Shown here in pieces: positions 51,220 to 61,217 of a stretch of 64,000 nucleotides of DNA. This DNA comes from an uncultured Fusobacterium sp. (GTDB taxonomy: Bacteria; Bacillota; Clostridia; Lachnospirales; Lachnospiraceae), in assembly GCA_963540885.1 (NCBI GenBank), contig CAUTRK010000009.1:26-64025 (forward strand). The letters are read 5' to 3'. The notes beneath the pieces were generated by a model. That model had not been told where the DNA came from, ran no database searches, and was given only the letters and a program-made list of their open reading frames with translations. Position 1 is the first letter of the stretch. Each line of letters opens with the position of its first letter. Position numbers and translations under genes: made by a program.

Positions 51220-53765
51220 CTTTTCTCCGCGCGCGTCACGATTCCGCTCCCGCCATCGACTGTGACACGCTCCCCGTCCCTGATTTTTTTCATGGCGTCA
51301 TGGCAGCTGACAACTGCGGGGATGCCGTACTCCCGCGCTACGATCGCCGCGTGACAGAGTATCCCGCCGTACTCCGTGACAATGCCGGAGAGCACCGCAA
51401 ACTTCGGCGTCCAGCCGGTATCTGTGAACCTCGTCACCAGAATATCTCCCGCCTTCAATCTGTCAATTTCGGAAAAATCCCCGATGACGCGTGCCGTCCC
51501 CGTGACCACGCCGCTGTTCGCACCGAGCCCCCGAATACCCTTCGCCTCAGTCTCTCCTTTTTTCTCCTGTGCCCCTTCAAACGCCGGCCCTATCTCATTT
51601 TCACTCATGTAATTGCGGTAGGAATTGTAATATCTCCGGTTTTTTTCGATGATCCTCCGCAGCGCTTCCGCATCAAGCCGTCCATCCTGATATGCCCAGA
51701 GCTGCCTGATCTTCAAAAACCATATTTCATCGGCCTCCCGCAGAACCCCCTGTGCCACCAGAAGCTTCGCGTATTCGAGCGTATACATACGGATAATGCA
51801 GTAAAATCTGGTGGAGATATCGCGGAACTCCTCGCGCCACCAGAGCATCTCCCGCATTTCAAGCAGCTTTTTCTTCAGCGCCTCAAAACGGCTCGCCGTC
51901 ATCCTTCCTCTGATACTCTCAAGGAGCGCTGCATAGCGCTTTTTGCCCTCCGCCTGATCTCTTTCGGGGCTGTATTCATCCGAAAGCACCGCCATATCCC
52001 GCACCCCCGTGACCAGGGGCGTTATATCCTCAAAATAGTTCGGATACGCCACGTCCAGCTCATGGTCGGAGTGATAGCCGAAGCGCTCTTTCAGCTCCCT
52101 GACCTCATCAAAGAAGCGCCCGTCAGTCGCTGCACCCGCCTCCGGCTCCCCGTCCTCCTCTCCCCTGAGCTCGGAGACAATCTGCCGCGGCTCCGTGTCC
52201 CTCCAGTAAGCAAACGCCTCCGGCAGCCGCCGGATTTTTCGGGAGAGCTTCCACATCGCATAAAAGGGCAGGAGATGCGAAATGTTTTCGATGCTGCTGA
52301 GCAGTGTCAGATACTCGCTTTCCGACACATATTTCAGGAGCGCTTCCTTGTAAAGCGACTGATGCACAGTATTGATGAATATCTGCCAGAAGTAAGTGCT
52401 CTCGCTCCGGAGATAATCATCTTCCGTCAGCTTCCGCCAGGTCTTCGCGATATCTCCCGCCTGTCCTGAGCGCAGCGCGGAGAGATAGCCTTCGTAGACA
52501 TGCAGCAGTTCTTCTCTGTAGCGCTCCACGTTCCGCTTCCGCTCCCTCACAATGCGCTTCTGCGCGAGCGCCATCCGGATAATATGGAGGAGGGAAAGGA
52601 AGGAGAGCTTTGTCACCTGTCCGTCTCCCTCGTACATCATCCGGATGCCGTACTCCGAATCAAACTCCCGCTCCCTGTAGCCGATGATTTTGCTCATGGC
52701 AAGCTTCACGACAGACAAATTCCAGTAGCATCTCGCATAGAACATCTCTCCTAACTTCCGGAGCTCCCTTTCCTTCAGTATTTTAGCATCCAGAAGGAAC
52801 TTTTTCAGCGCGTACTCCCAAATATATTCGTAGAGACTCCACATATACGGATAACAGACCGCAGCGGACACGCCGCCGTCCTTAAAATCTGCCGTGCTCC
52901 AGAGATCGCGAAGCCCCGCGTAGTTCAGCCGGGTAATCTGCCTCGCCTGAAGGATCGCAAGCGCCCCACCCGCAAGCGCAAACTCGATGTCGCAGGGATA
53001 GCCGAACAGCAGCTGAATTTTCAGAAATTCCTCTCCCAGCGCCTCTATCCTCTCCCTGTCAAGCGCCGACGCGCCGTCCTCCGCCCTGCCGCTGCCCTCA
53101 TACCAGTCGTAGGAATACCGCTCCGGCTTTACTCTTCCTCCTACCAGCGCATCTCCCATGCCGGGCGCAAGTTCAATCAGCATGCTTTTGTCACAGCCTG
53201 TGATCGGATTCACCGTGAAGCAGATGCCACTGTACTCCGCCGGAACCATCTCCTGTATGACCACCGCCATGGCATAGCCCGTAAAATCTATTTTCCGATA
53301 AACAAGATAGTTCAGGATCGTCTCGCCGAACATGGACTGATAGCAGCGGACCACCTGCGCGGCGATCGCTTCCATGTCGCGTATATGCAGGAACGTGTCG
53401 TACTGTCCCGCAAAGGAGTACGCCTCCATATCCTCCTTCATCCCGCTGCTTCTGACGGCGTAGGCTTTCTCTCTGTCCAGCCGGCGTGAGAGCGTTTTCC
53501 ACGTCTCATCTGAAAGCGTCCGCCCCTCAAACAGCGCTCGCAGCTCCTTTCCGCGCTCCCGCACGTTCCGCCCGGAGAGACCGGAGAGCAGCGCATCAAT
53601 CCTGTCTTCGATTCCATTCTCCCGGACAAAGCGGAAATATTCTTCCCGGTCCAGAATCACGCCGCCGGGAACCGGAAGGCCCTCTCCCTTCATCCGGCAG
53701 AGAAAAGCGCCCTTATTGCCGAGAATTTCCGCCTCGCGGCAGCTTCCGTCAAGCTCTCTTATCAT
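51216..53765 (-). CDS. PEP-utilising dikinase-like protein, second paralog
   Basis: N-terminal GNKGAFL...VRSSGMKEDMEAYSFAGQYDTFLHI and C-terminal ..ILVTRFTDTGWTPKF..LSGIVTEYGGILCHAAIVAREYGIPAVV. Start MIRELDG at 53765 (RBS gggag). Confidence 0.75.
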   Translation of the reverse strand: MIRELDGSCREAEILGNKGAFLCRMKGEGLPVPGGVILDREEYFRFVRENGIEDRIDALLSGLSGRNVRERGKELRALFEGRTLSDETWKTLSRRLDREKAYAVRSSGMKEDMEAYSFAGQYDTFLHIRDMEAIAAQVVRCYQSMFGETILNYLVYRKIDFTGYAMAVVIQEMVPAEYSGICFTVNPITGCDKSMLIELAPGMGDALVGGRVKPERYSYDWYEGSGRAEDGASALDRERIEALGEEFLKIQLLFGYPCDIEFALAGGALAILQARQITRLNYAGLRDLWSTADFKDGGVSAAVCYPYMWSLYEYIWEYALKKFLLDAKILKERELRKLGEMFYARCYWNLSVVKLAMSKIIGYREREFDSEYGIRMMYEGDGQVTKLSFLSLLHIIRMALAQKRIVRERKRNVERYREELLHVYEGYLSALRSGQAGDIAKTWRKLTEDDYLRSESTYFWQIFINTVHQSLYKEALLKYVSESEYLTLLSSIENISHLLPFYAMWKLSRKIRRLPEAFAYWRDTEPRQIVSELRGEEDGEPEAGAATDGRFFDEVRELKERFGYHSDHELDVAYPNYFEDITPLVTGVRDMAVLSDEYSPERDQAEGKKRYAALLESIRGRMTASRFEALKKKLLEMREMLWWREEFRDISTRFYCIIRMYTLEYAKLLVAQGVLREADEIWFLKIRQLWAYQDGRLDAEALRRIIEKNRRYYNSYRNYMSENEIGPAFEGAQEKKGETEAKGIRGLGANSGVVTGTARVIGDFSEIDRLKAGDILVTRFTDTGWTPKFAVLSGIVTEYGGILCHAAIVAREYGIPAVVSCHDAMKKIRDGERVTVDGGSGIVTRAEKR

Positions 53766-53820
53766 CGCTCCGCTCCCTTCATCGCCTTCCCTGTCGGCAC
53801 AGCCTTTCTCACCCAGGCGC

Positions 53821-54408
53821 TCAGAACATGTTCCGGCGCACCCCAAGAGCATACAGGAGCATATTGAAAACAATATGCGTCAGTGCGCCGAGCATCACGT
53901 ACAGAATATACATCCCTGCCGAGAGCGGATAAAACAGACAGAGCACAAGCACGCAGCCGAAGACCGAATCCGCCTGATCCAGAAAAATAAAAAAGCCTCT
54001 CAAAAATCCGTCCGGCGCTTTTCCCGGTGCAATGCCAAGCCGCCGCTTCATAAAGCTGTTCGGCAATTCAAACAGTGCGTAGGCAAGTCCCTCCAGAATT
54101 CCGATCCGCAGATTGAACAGAGCGCTGTTCTCATGGAGGGCATAAAAAAGATTCCTCGCCGAGAGTGCCTGGCTTTTACACACCCGCCCCCACAGAACAC
54201 CAAGGGCGGCATTGAACACGATATAGCCGAAAAAGCCTTTCCAGGTCTTATGCTCGCCGAAGATCCGTCTTCCATCCCTGAGCGTCCTCCCGCCGTCCAT
54301 CGGCAGCCTCAGGCTGTCAATCAGCCCTGACTTGCAGAATGCCGAAGTGGCGACGCCTGCAAGAATCGCCGGCATCAGGCTGATATACAATGAAATAATT
54401 GCGTCCAA
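53821..54408 (-). CDS. CDP-archaeol synthase-like (CarS/DUF46) membrane protein
   Basis: GEHKTWKGFFG, ..NSFMKRRLGI.. and ..FLDQADS.. match the CarS signature motifs. Confidence 0.6.
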   Translation of the reverse strand: MDAIISLYISLMPAILAGVATSAFCKSGLIDSLRLPMDGGRTLRDGRRIFGEHKTWKGFFGYIVFNAALGVLWGRVCKSQALSARNLFYALHENSALFNLRIGILEGLAYALFELPNSFMKRRLGIAPGKAPDGFLRGFFIFLDQADSVFGCVLVLCLFYPLSAGMYILYVMLGALTHIVFNMLLYALGVRRNMF

Positions 54409-54595
54409 GCTGTCTCTCCTTTTTTCCGCAGTTCATTATAGTTCATATCCCCCTGTATGTACAGCTTTCATATACTGCCGCCGACGCCACCCTCACCGAC
54501 ATGACAGTGCTACGGCTCTCTCCCCGCTTGACCTCCCAAAAAACAGCGTGATAGAATAGGCGCGGTCCTCTATTCTGCTCCGGAAAGGAACACCT

Positions 54596-55510
54596 ATGCC
54601 CAGAGAGCTCAAGTCCTGGCAGATCGCCGAGCGCAGCATTATCAAAAAATACAGGAAACAGCTCTGGAATCCCTTCATCGCCGCGGTCAAGCGCTATGAG
54701 CTGATCCAAAAGGGAGATAAAATCGCCGTCTGCATCTCCGGCGGAAAGGACTCCATGCTCTTAGCCAAGCTGATGCAGGAGCTTCACCGCCACAGCGAAA
54801 TCCCTTTTGATGTGGAATACGTCGTCATGGATCCCGGCTACAATGCGGAAAACCGCGCCCGAATCGAGGAAAATGCCCGCCTCCTCCACATACCGATCCA
54901 GGTATTTGAAACCGATATTTTTTCTGTCGCGAATACTGTCACCCAGAATCCCTGTTATCTCTGCGCGCGCATGCGCCGCGGCTATCTCTATAAAAGAGCG
55001 CAGGAGCTCGGCTGCAACAAGATTGCGCTCGGCCATCATCTGAGCGATGTCATTGAGACCACCGTCATGGCAATGTTCTACGGCGCGCAATTACAAGGGA
55101 TGATGCCCAAGCTGCACAGCCGGAATTTTCCCGGGATGGAGCTGATCCGTCCGATGTACTGCATTCGCGAGGAAGACATCATCGCATGGAGACGCTATAA
55201 TCAGCTGGAATTTATCCAGTGCGCCTGCCGTTTTACAGAAGAAGCGGGAAGCGCCGGGAACGAAATCGGCAAAAGCAAGCGCCGGGAAATCAAAGCGCTG
55301 ATTCAGCTGCTGAAAAAAGGAAATCCCGATATCGAGAAGAGCATTTTCCGCGCCCTGCACTCCGTCTGTATCGAAACCTTCCCGGGATACAAGGAAAGCG
55401 GAGAGGATCACAGCTTTCTTGAAAGCTATGCAGGCAGAGACATCCGCAAAGGCACCTCCGCTCAACTAATACAGCAAACACAGATACCGACTGCGCCGGC
55501 GTCACCATGA
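54596..55510 (+). CDS. ttcA: PP-loop ATPase, tRNA 2-thiocytidine synthase TtcA-like
   Basis: ..KIAVCISGGKDSMLLA.. (SGGKDS PP-loop) and conserved Cys pairs. Confidence 0.75.
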   Translation: MPRELKSWQIAERSIIKKYRKQLWNPFIAAVKRYELIQKGDKIAVCISGGKDSMLLAKLMQELHRHSEIPFDVEYVVMDPGYNAENRARIEENARLLHIPIQVFETDIFSVANTVTQNPCYLCARMRRGYLYKRAQELGCNKIALGHHLSDVIETTVMAMFYGAQLQGMMPKLHSRNFPGMELIRPMYCIREEDIIAWRRYNQLEFIQCACRFTEEAGSAGNEIGKSKRREIKALIQLLKKGNPDIEKSIFRALHSVCIETFPGYKESGEDHSFLESYAGRDIRKGTSAQLIQQTQIPTAPASP

Positions 55511-55584
55511 ATTAAGCCCCCGCGCCGCTCCGCCGCTTTCAGCAGCTCCCGCAGCGCTGACAATACAATGCGTGCACCGCCCAT

Positions 55585-56322
55585 TCAGAGCAGTGCACGC
55601 ACAAAAGACTGCAGCAGGAAGCCCACTGCATTATAATGATATAAAAATCCAAGCCAACCGGAGGCATCCACCAGCGCAAGCAGCTTCCCGCCTGTCACCG
55701 TGGTCTCAAACAGCCCCAGCAGTAAAAATCCGATCCAGACAAAAATCAGCGCTTCCAGAAGCCCCAGCACTGCTCCCGCAATCTGGTTCAGTCCATGAAT
55801 CACCGGAATCTCCGTAAACATATCAAGGATCCTCAATCCAAGATGCAGCAGCAGCCAGATCAGGATAAAGAGCAGCACAAACCCGATATACCCTATAATC
55901 GTTTTCCCGAGATAGCCTGCGACATACTGCTGGAAATGCTCTGCGCCGAGCTTTTGCCACATCTCTCCGTTATTATTGTCCCGCAGCGCTTTCTGAAGAA
56001 TTTTTGAAATATCCATTCCGGCAATAATCTGTTCCTGACTCTCCCGCGTCTCTACCTGCTCTTCCTTCAGATCGTCTATCCCCGTCGCCTTAATGATATA
56101 TTCTCTCGTCGCAGCCTCAATCCCTGTGTGCTCCTTCAGAAAATCGACCGTCTTCGGAAGGACAGCGCGCGTCGCGATTAAAGTAATCACAATCGCCATG
56201 AGAGATACCGCCAGACGGACAAAGCCACGGCTGTGCCCGTACAATGCCATTCCCACAATAAACAGCCCGATCAGGAGCGCAAACCAGTTTCCATCCAGCC
56301 ACTCCGCCGCAGTTTCAAGCAT
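55585..56322 (-). CDS. CvpA-like integral membrane protein
   Basis: 245 aa with several TM helices and a CvpA-like N-terminus. Confidence 0.45.
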   Translation of the reverse strand: MLETAAEWLDGNWFALLIGLFIVGMALYGHSRGFVRLAVSLMAIVITLIATRAVLPKTVDFLKEHTGIEAATREYIIKATGIDDLKEEQVETRESQEQIIAGMDISKILQKALRDNNNGEMWQKLGAEHFQQYVAGYLGKTIIGYIGFVLLFILIWLLLHLGLRILDMFTEIPVIHGLNQIAGAVLGLLEALIFVWIGFLLLGLFETTVTGGKLLALVDASGWLGFLYHYNAVGFLLQSFVRALL

Positions 56323-56344
56323 TCATAAGCCCTCTCTGTCTCCT

Positions 56345-58471
56345 TCAGGAAATAAAGTCATCTTCCTTCAGGATCAGCATCCCTTCCTTATCATATTTAC
56401 GGGAGAACATTCCCCCGATGCGTTTTAAGAGCGGCGGCTTTTCCGCTCTGTCTGCCACCTCCTCGATCAGGGCTTCCGCATTCTTCCGGCTCAGGCGAAC
56501 GCCGTCCTCCTGCATGATTTCGATCCGCTCGTAAAGAGCCAGCATGCTCTTTCCGGTGATCACGCAGTCTATCTTTTTCGCATAATCGCCGGCATAGTGC
56601 GCAAAAGCATCAATATCCAGCTCCTCTTCCTCATACGCCCGCTCCGCCGCACTCTGCCGTCTGCTTTCCGCTGCCTCCCCGGAGCGGGACAGCTCTGTGC
56701 GCTGCGTTTTTTCAGACGCTTCAGCGCGAGTCTCCGTCCCCGCGTCTAAAGCCTGATCCGATCCCCCGATCTCTGCCGCCGCCTTCGCATCCTGCCCTCC
56801 GCAAAATGCAGCTTCCAGCATCGGATAACGCTCCACCAGCCGGGAGAGCTGAAGCGGATTATCCACTAAAAGAATGGTTCTCTTTCCTTCGTCCGCCGCA
56901 ATCAGCTCCAGCAGCTCCGTGATGCTCTCCGGAGACAGATCTCCCGCCTCTTCAACAATCAGATCCTTACCCGCTATCTTCTCCGCGGAATTCTGCACTC
57001 CGCGCACGTTCAGCCTGCCAGCCCTGATTTTTGCCGCCGTATTCCGGATCCCTGTCGCTGTGTGGATCTCTTTCAGCCTGCTGATCGCCGCGTTCAGTCC
57101 CTCCCCTGCCGTTTTTCCCTCGATCAGGCAATTGAAAGAACCCGGATTTTTCGCTTGCTCCACAGCTCTTGTCTCTTCCGCTGCCTCAGATTGTATTTCC
57201 GGCTGTGTTTGTGTCGCATCTGCTGCCTTCACCGCTTCTTCGGCCGCTCTTCCACGCATCTCGTCTGCTTTTTGCTCCATTTTGGCATTCTTCAGCCGCG
57301 GAAGAATTCTGGTCTCTCCCATATTCTCCTCTGCAGCCTTCTTTTCCAGCGCTTTCCGGACATCCGGCAGAACGCGGGTGATATCTTCCGCTTCTGCCGT
57401 TTCCGGGATCTTTACATTTTTTTCGCTCTCCACAGCTTCGACATCTGCCGGTTGCTCCGCTGTATCCTCGCCCGCCGCTTCCAAGGGCTTCACAGCTTCT
57501 TCACGCGCTGCCTTTTCAGACACCTCTCCGGCTATTTCTCCCGCCTCTTCTTCCGTGGCTTCTTTGACCGCTTCCGATGCGCGTTCCCGCTCCTCCGGCA
57601 GCTCTGGCGCTTCTGTCCGCGCCACTGCTCCGACCGTCCGGGGGGGCGCCGTCTCTGTTTCAAGCGCCGCGCGCGCGCGTTCCGCTCTTACAACCGCCGC
57701 AGCCGCTTCATTTTGCCTCGCGTCCCGCAGCATTTCCGAGCGCTCTGTTTCCAGCTGCTCCAGATGTGCTTCGATCTCCGCATCAATTTCATCCCGTGCC
57801 GCCGACGCTTCATCCTTACCTGTTTCTGTACGGAACTCAGCCGCTTCCTCTGTCGCCTCCCGATTATCCAGAAGATTCTGCTGATATTCCGTCAAGGGCT
57901 GTCCCTCGCCCTCCAGCTTCAGCAGCAGCGCCTTCTCTACCCACTGCCCCATCCCGAACAGCACCGCAATCCTGTCACACAGCTCCACGCACTCGGCATG
58001 TCTACCCGCCTCATGGTACAGCTCTGCCAGCTCATACATCCTCTCTTCATCCAGTTCTTCTGAAATATAGCGCTCCAACGGCGGTATCTTCTGTGTCGCC
58101 GCGGCTCCCTTCTCCTTCAGAATGCTGTAGCGAAGAACATATTGTCTCGAATCTTCAGGTGCAAGCTCCAGAAATTCGTGATAATACTTCTCCGCCGCGG
58201 CACTGTCATGCTCCATCAGAACAAGCTCGATCAGATGAGCCAGAATTCCCCGCGCCATAGGCGCGCGCTCAAGCGCAAGCAGGAGGATCTCCTGCGCCTC
58301 CCTGTACTCGCCGTTCTTTTCATAGATCTCCGCGACCCGTGTGAGCTGAATCACATTCGGAACGCGCCGCCAGTCGATTTTATCGGCAATTTTCATCGCC
58401 GTCTCATAATCGCCGCGCTCCGCCTGCTTCTCCATCTGTTCGACCTTTATGCTGAACTCTCGCTTATCCAT
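56345..58471 (-). CDS. TPR-repeat protein with a long Glu/Ala-rich low-complexity centre
   Basis: 708 aa with an N-terminal TPR-like region (..GDYETAMKIADKI...IYEKNGEYREAQ..). Confidence 0.5.
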   Translation of the reverse strand: MDKREFSIKVEQMEKQAERGDYETAMKIADKIDWRRVPNVIQLTRVAEIYEKNGEYREAQEILLLALERAPMARGILAHLIELVLMEHDSAAAEKYYHEFLELAPEDSRQYVLRYSILKEKGAAATQKIPPLERYISEELDEERMYELAELYHEAGRHAECVELCDRIAVLFGMGQWVEKALLLKLEGEGQPLTEYQQNLLDNREATEEAAEFRTETGKDEASAARDEIDAEIEAHLEQLETERSEMLRDARQNEAAAAVVRAERARAALETETAPPRTVGAVARTEAPELPEERERASEAVKEATEEEAGEIAGEVSEKAAREEAVKPLEAAGEDTAEQPADVEAVESEKNVKIPETAEAEDITRVLPDVRKALEKKAAEENMGETRILPRLKNAKMEQKADEMRGRAAEEAVKAADATQTQPEIQSEAAEETRAVEQAKNPGSFNCLIEGKTAGEGLNAAISRLKEIHTATGIRNTAAKIRAGRLNVRGVQNSAEKIAGKDLIVEEAGDLSPESITELLELIAADEGKRTILLVDNPLQLSRLVERYPMLEAAFCGGQDAKAAAEIGGSDQALDAGTETRAEASEKTQRTELSRSGEAAESRRQSAAERAYEEEELDIDAFAHYAGDYAKKIDCVITGKSMLALYERIEIMQEDGVRLSRKNAEALIEEVADRAEKPPLLKRIGGMFSRKYDKEGMLILKEDDFIS

Positions 58472-58626
58472 CTGTTATCCTCTTCACCGTATAGGTCCGT
58501 GGCAGTCGCCGGACGCGATACAGACTTCGTCTCTTTCGCCTGCAAGCAGCACACGGCTCCAGCCGCGCACTTGTCGCCGGACGTGATACAGACTTCGTCC
58601 CCTCCGCTTAAAGCCGCGCCGCCTGC

Positions 58627-59223
58627 CTAAAGCTGTGTTCTTCCCTCTAATGCCCTGAGAAGCGTCACCTCATCGATATATTCAAGATCCCCGCCGACCG
58701 GAACGCCACTCGCAATCCTCGACACGCGGATGCCCGTCGGTTTTACGAGCTTCGCGATATACATCGCGGTCGTCTCTCCCTCAAGACTGGAGTTCGTCGC
58801 AATAATCACCTCATCCACATCGCCCTCGAGCCGCTGCATCAGCTCCTTCAGACGGATATCTGCCGGTCCGATGCCGAGCATTGGCGAGATGGCGCCGTGC
58901 AGCACATGGTAGACGCCCTCATACTTGCCGGTTTTTTCATACGCCGCCAGATCCCTGGTGTTCTCTACCACCATAATAACATGATGATCCCTCGACGGGC
59001 TCTTGCAGATCGGGCACAGCGCGTCATCTGTCAGTGTACAGCACTCCCTGCAGTAGCGAATGTTTCTCTTTGCGCCCAAAATCGTGTCGGTCAGCGCGGT
59101 CACACGCTCCTCCGGCATATTGATGATATGAAAGGCAAGACGCTGTGCGCTCTTTCTCCCCACGCCGGGCAGCGCGGAGAGCTCCTCGATCAGCCTTGTA
59201 ATCTGTTTGCTGTAATAATCCAT
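58627..59223 (-). CDS. recR: Recombination protein RecR
   Basis: ..LPGVGRKSAQRLAFH.., a CxxC..CxxC zinc finger, and a Toprim segment. Confidence 0.9.
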   Translation of the reverse strand: MDYYSKQITRLIEELSALPGVGRKSAQRLAFHIINMPEERVTALTDTILGAKRNIRYCRECCTLTDDALCPICKSPSRDHHVIMVVENTRDLAAYEKTGKYEGVYHVLHGAISPMLGIGPADIRLKELMQRLEGDVDEVIIATNSSLEGETTAMYIAKLVKPTGIRVSRIASGVPVGGDLEYIDEVTLLRALEGRTQL

Positions 59224-59227
59224 CCGG

Positions 59228-59575
59228 TCAGAACGGCAGTGCGCCGCCAAGCCCTCCGGTCAGCTTTCCCATGATCACCTGATTTTCCGCCTCCATCTGG
59301 CGCAGAGCCTCATTTGCCGCCGCAACAATCATGTCCTGAAGCAGCTCGACATCCTCCGGGTCCACAGCCTCCGGCTTAATAAGCACTTCGGTCAGCTCCC
59401 GCTTCCCTGAGACTGTCACGCTCACCGCGCCGCCGCCCGCCGTCGCAGTAAATTTTCTTGTCTCAAACTCCTTCGCCTGATCCGCCATCTGCTTCTGCAT
59501 TTTCTGCGCCTGCTTCATCAGATTACTCATATTGCCGGGAATCCCTCCGCCCGGAAATCCTCCGTGCCTTGCCAT
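59228..59575 (-). CDS. ybaB: Nucleoid-associated protein YbaB/EbfC
   Basis: ..MSNLMKQAQKMQKQMADQAKE....AGGGAVSVTVSGKRE. Confidence 0.85.
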   Translation of the reverse strand: MARHGGFPGGGIPGNMSNLMKQAQKMQKQMADQAKEFETRKFTATAGGGAVSVTVSGKRELTEVLIKPEAVDPEDVELLQDMIVAAANEALRQMEAENQVIMGKLTGGLGGALPF

Positions 59576-59622
59576 TGCTTTATCCTCCGTATCCTCTGAA
59601 CTTGTATTTTTCCTGCCTGCGT

Positions 59623-61209
59623 CTATTCTGTCTCCACCGGGAAATGAACCGCTTCTCTGAGCTCCTCCTTTGTCACAACATAGCTGTTTACAGGTTCTCC
59701 CCCGCCTTTCAGGACGCGCGTGCGAAAGGCAATATCCTTTTTATAGGTTTCGCGGACATAGTCTGTCAATTCCCTGATTGCGCCATCCTGTGCCCCAAAG
59801 CGCTGCAAGCCAATATTCGGAAATACCACGCACATCGCGCCGCTTCCGGCTGGCTCGACCGAGGTCCCGCGCAGCGCTGCGCCGTAGGCTCCGCCGATCG
59901 CATTGGTTATCTTTCCCCAGTCGTTCCGGATCGCCATGAAATCCTCGTACTCCGCCTTTGGCAGAGCGATGGTCCTCGCCTTCTCCGGCGCTTCTTCACG
60001 CCGCAAAGACGATGGCTCCGCCCCACCTTCCGCCCTCCGGATGCCGCCGGCTTTCAGTGCCTTCAGCTCCCGCTCCAGACCGGTGATCCGCTCCAGCAGC
60101 GCGTCGTTGGTATCGTCCATCTCCGGCGCTGTCAGCCGGATCAGCGCAAGCTCCGTCATCACTCTTTTCTGCGAGGAATAGCGCAGCCGGTTGGAAAGCT
60201 CGGACAGCGTCCGGATATAGCGCATCAGAACTACTGTAGAAGCCGATGCGGCGTCCTGCTTCATGAGCGCCAGCTTTTCCCCTGCGCTGTCAATCATCCG
60301 CTCCGCATTTTCCGCTGTCTTCAGGATCAGAAGATTGCGGAGATACCAGAGAAAATCATTGACAAGCTGTCCCAGCTCTCTTCCATCCTCAAACGCCCGG
60401 TCCAGAAGCCGCAGCGCCTCGCCGGTTCTTCCTCCTGAAACCGCGCGGAACAGCTCCGCAAATGCCGCGGCATCAACCGCGCCGAGAATTTCCAGGACCT
60501 CCTCATAGCTGATCTGCTCATCCGGATGAAATGCCACGCATTCATCCAGGAGACTGAGCGCGTCACGCATCGCGCCGTCTGCCTGCCTCGCAATATAAGA
60601 AAGCGCTTTGTCCTCGATCAGGATCCCTTCCGCCTCTGTGAGCTCTCTCAGCCTGTCAGTGATAATTTCTGCCTTGATTCTGTGAAAATCATAGCGCTGA
60701 CAGCGGGACAGCACCGTCACCGGAATTTTATTTGCTTCCGTGGTCGCAAGAATAAATATAACATACGCGGGAGGCTCCTCCAGTGTTTTCAGAAGCGCAT
60801 TAAAGGCGCCCGTCGAAAGCATGTGGACCTCATCTATAATAAATACCCTGTATCGCCCTTCCGCCGGAGGGTACTGAACCCGCTCCCGAATATCCCGTAT
60901 GTCATCCACACCGTTATTCGATGCCGCGTCGATTTCCTGTACGTTCATCGAATGATCCTCTGCGATGGCTCTGCACATGGCACATTCCCCGCAGGGATTT
61001 CCATTGACCGGACGCTCACAGTTTACCGCCCTTGCCATGATTTTTGCAACACTGGTTTTACCTGTTCCGCGTGTGCCGCAGAACAGGTAGGCATGTCCGA
61101 TCCTGCCGGAAATGATCTGATTTTTCAGCGTCACGCAAATAGCATCCTGTCCCCTGACCTCATCGAAGCTTCGGGGGCGCCACTTACGATACAGTGCCAC
61201 ATACGACAT
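59623..61209 (-). CDS. dnaX: DNA polymerase III subunit gamma/tau
   Basis: MSYVALYRKWRPRSFDEV.GQ....L......GRIGHAYLFCGTRGTGKTS. Confidence 0.9.
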   Translation of the reverse strand: MSYVALYRKWRPRSFDEVRGQDAICVTLKNQIISGRIGHAYLFCGTRGTGKTSVAKIMARAVNCERPVNGNPCGECAMCRAIAEDHSMNVQEIDAASNNGVDDIRDIRERVQYPPAEGRYRVFIIDEVHMLSTGAFNALLKTLEEPPAYVIFILATTEANKIPVTVLSRCQRYDFHRIKAEIITDRLRELTEAEGILIEDKALSYIARQADGAMRDALSLLDECVAFHPDEQISYEEVLEILGAVDAAAFAELFRAVSGGRTGEALRLLDRAFEDGRELGQLVNDFLWYLRNLLILKTAENAERMIDSAGEKLALMKQDAASASTVVLMRYIRTLSELSNRLRYSSQKRVMTELALIRLTAPEMDDTNDALLERITGLERELKALKAGGIRRAEGGAEPSSLRREEAPEKARTIALPKAEYEDFMAIRNDWGKITNAIGGAYGAALRGTSVEPAGSGAMCVVFPNIGLQRFGAQDGAIRELTDYVRETYKKDIAFRTRVLKGGGEPVNSYVVTKEELREAVHFPVETE

Positions 61210-61217
61210 AGTTCACC

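Noticed and set aside
56900-57900. Glu/Ala-rich repetitive centre of the 708-aa TPR protein as a DNA repeat or hidden element.
   Set aside because: This is compositional low complexity within one continuous ORF, and no exact nucleotide repeat unit was seen.
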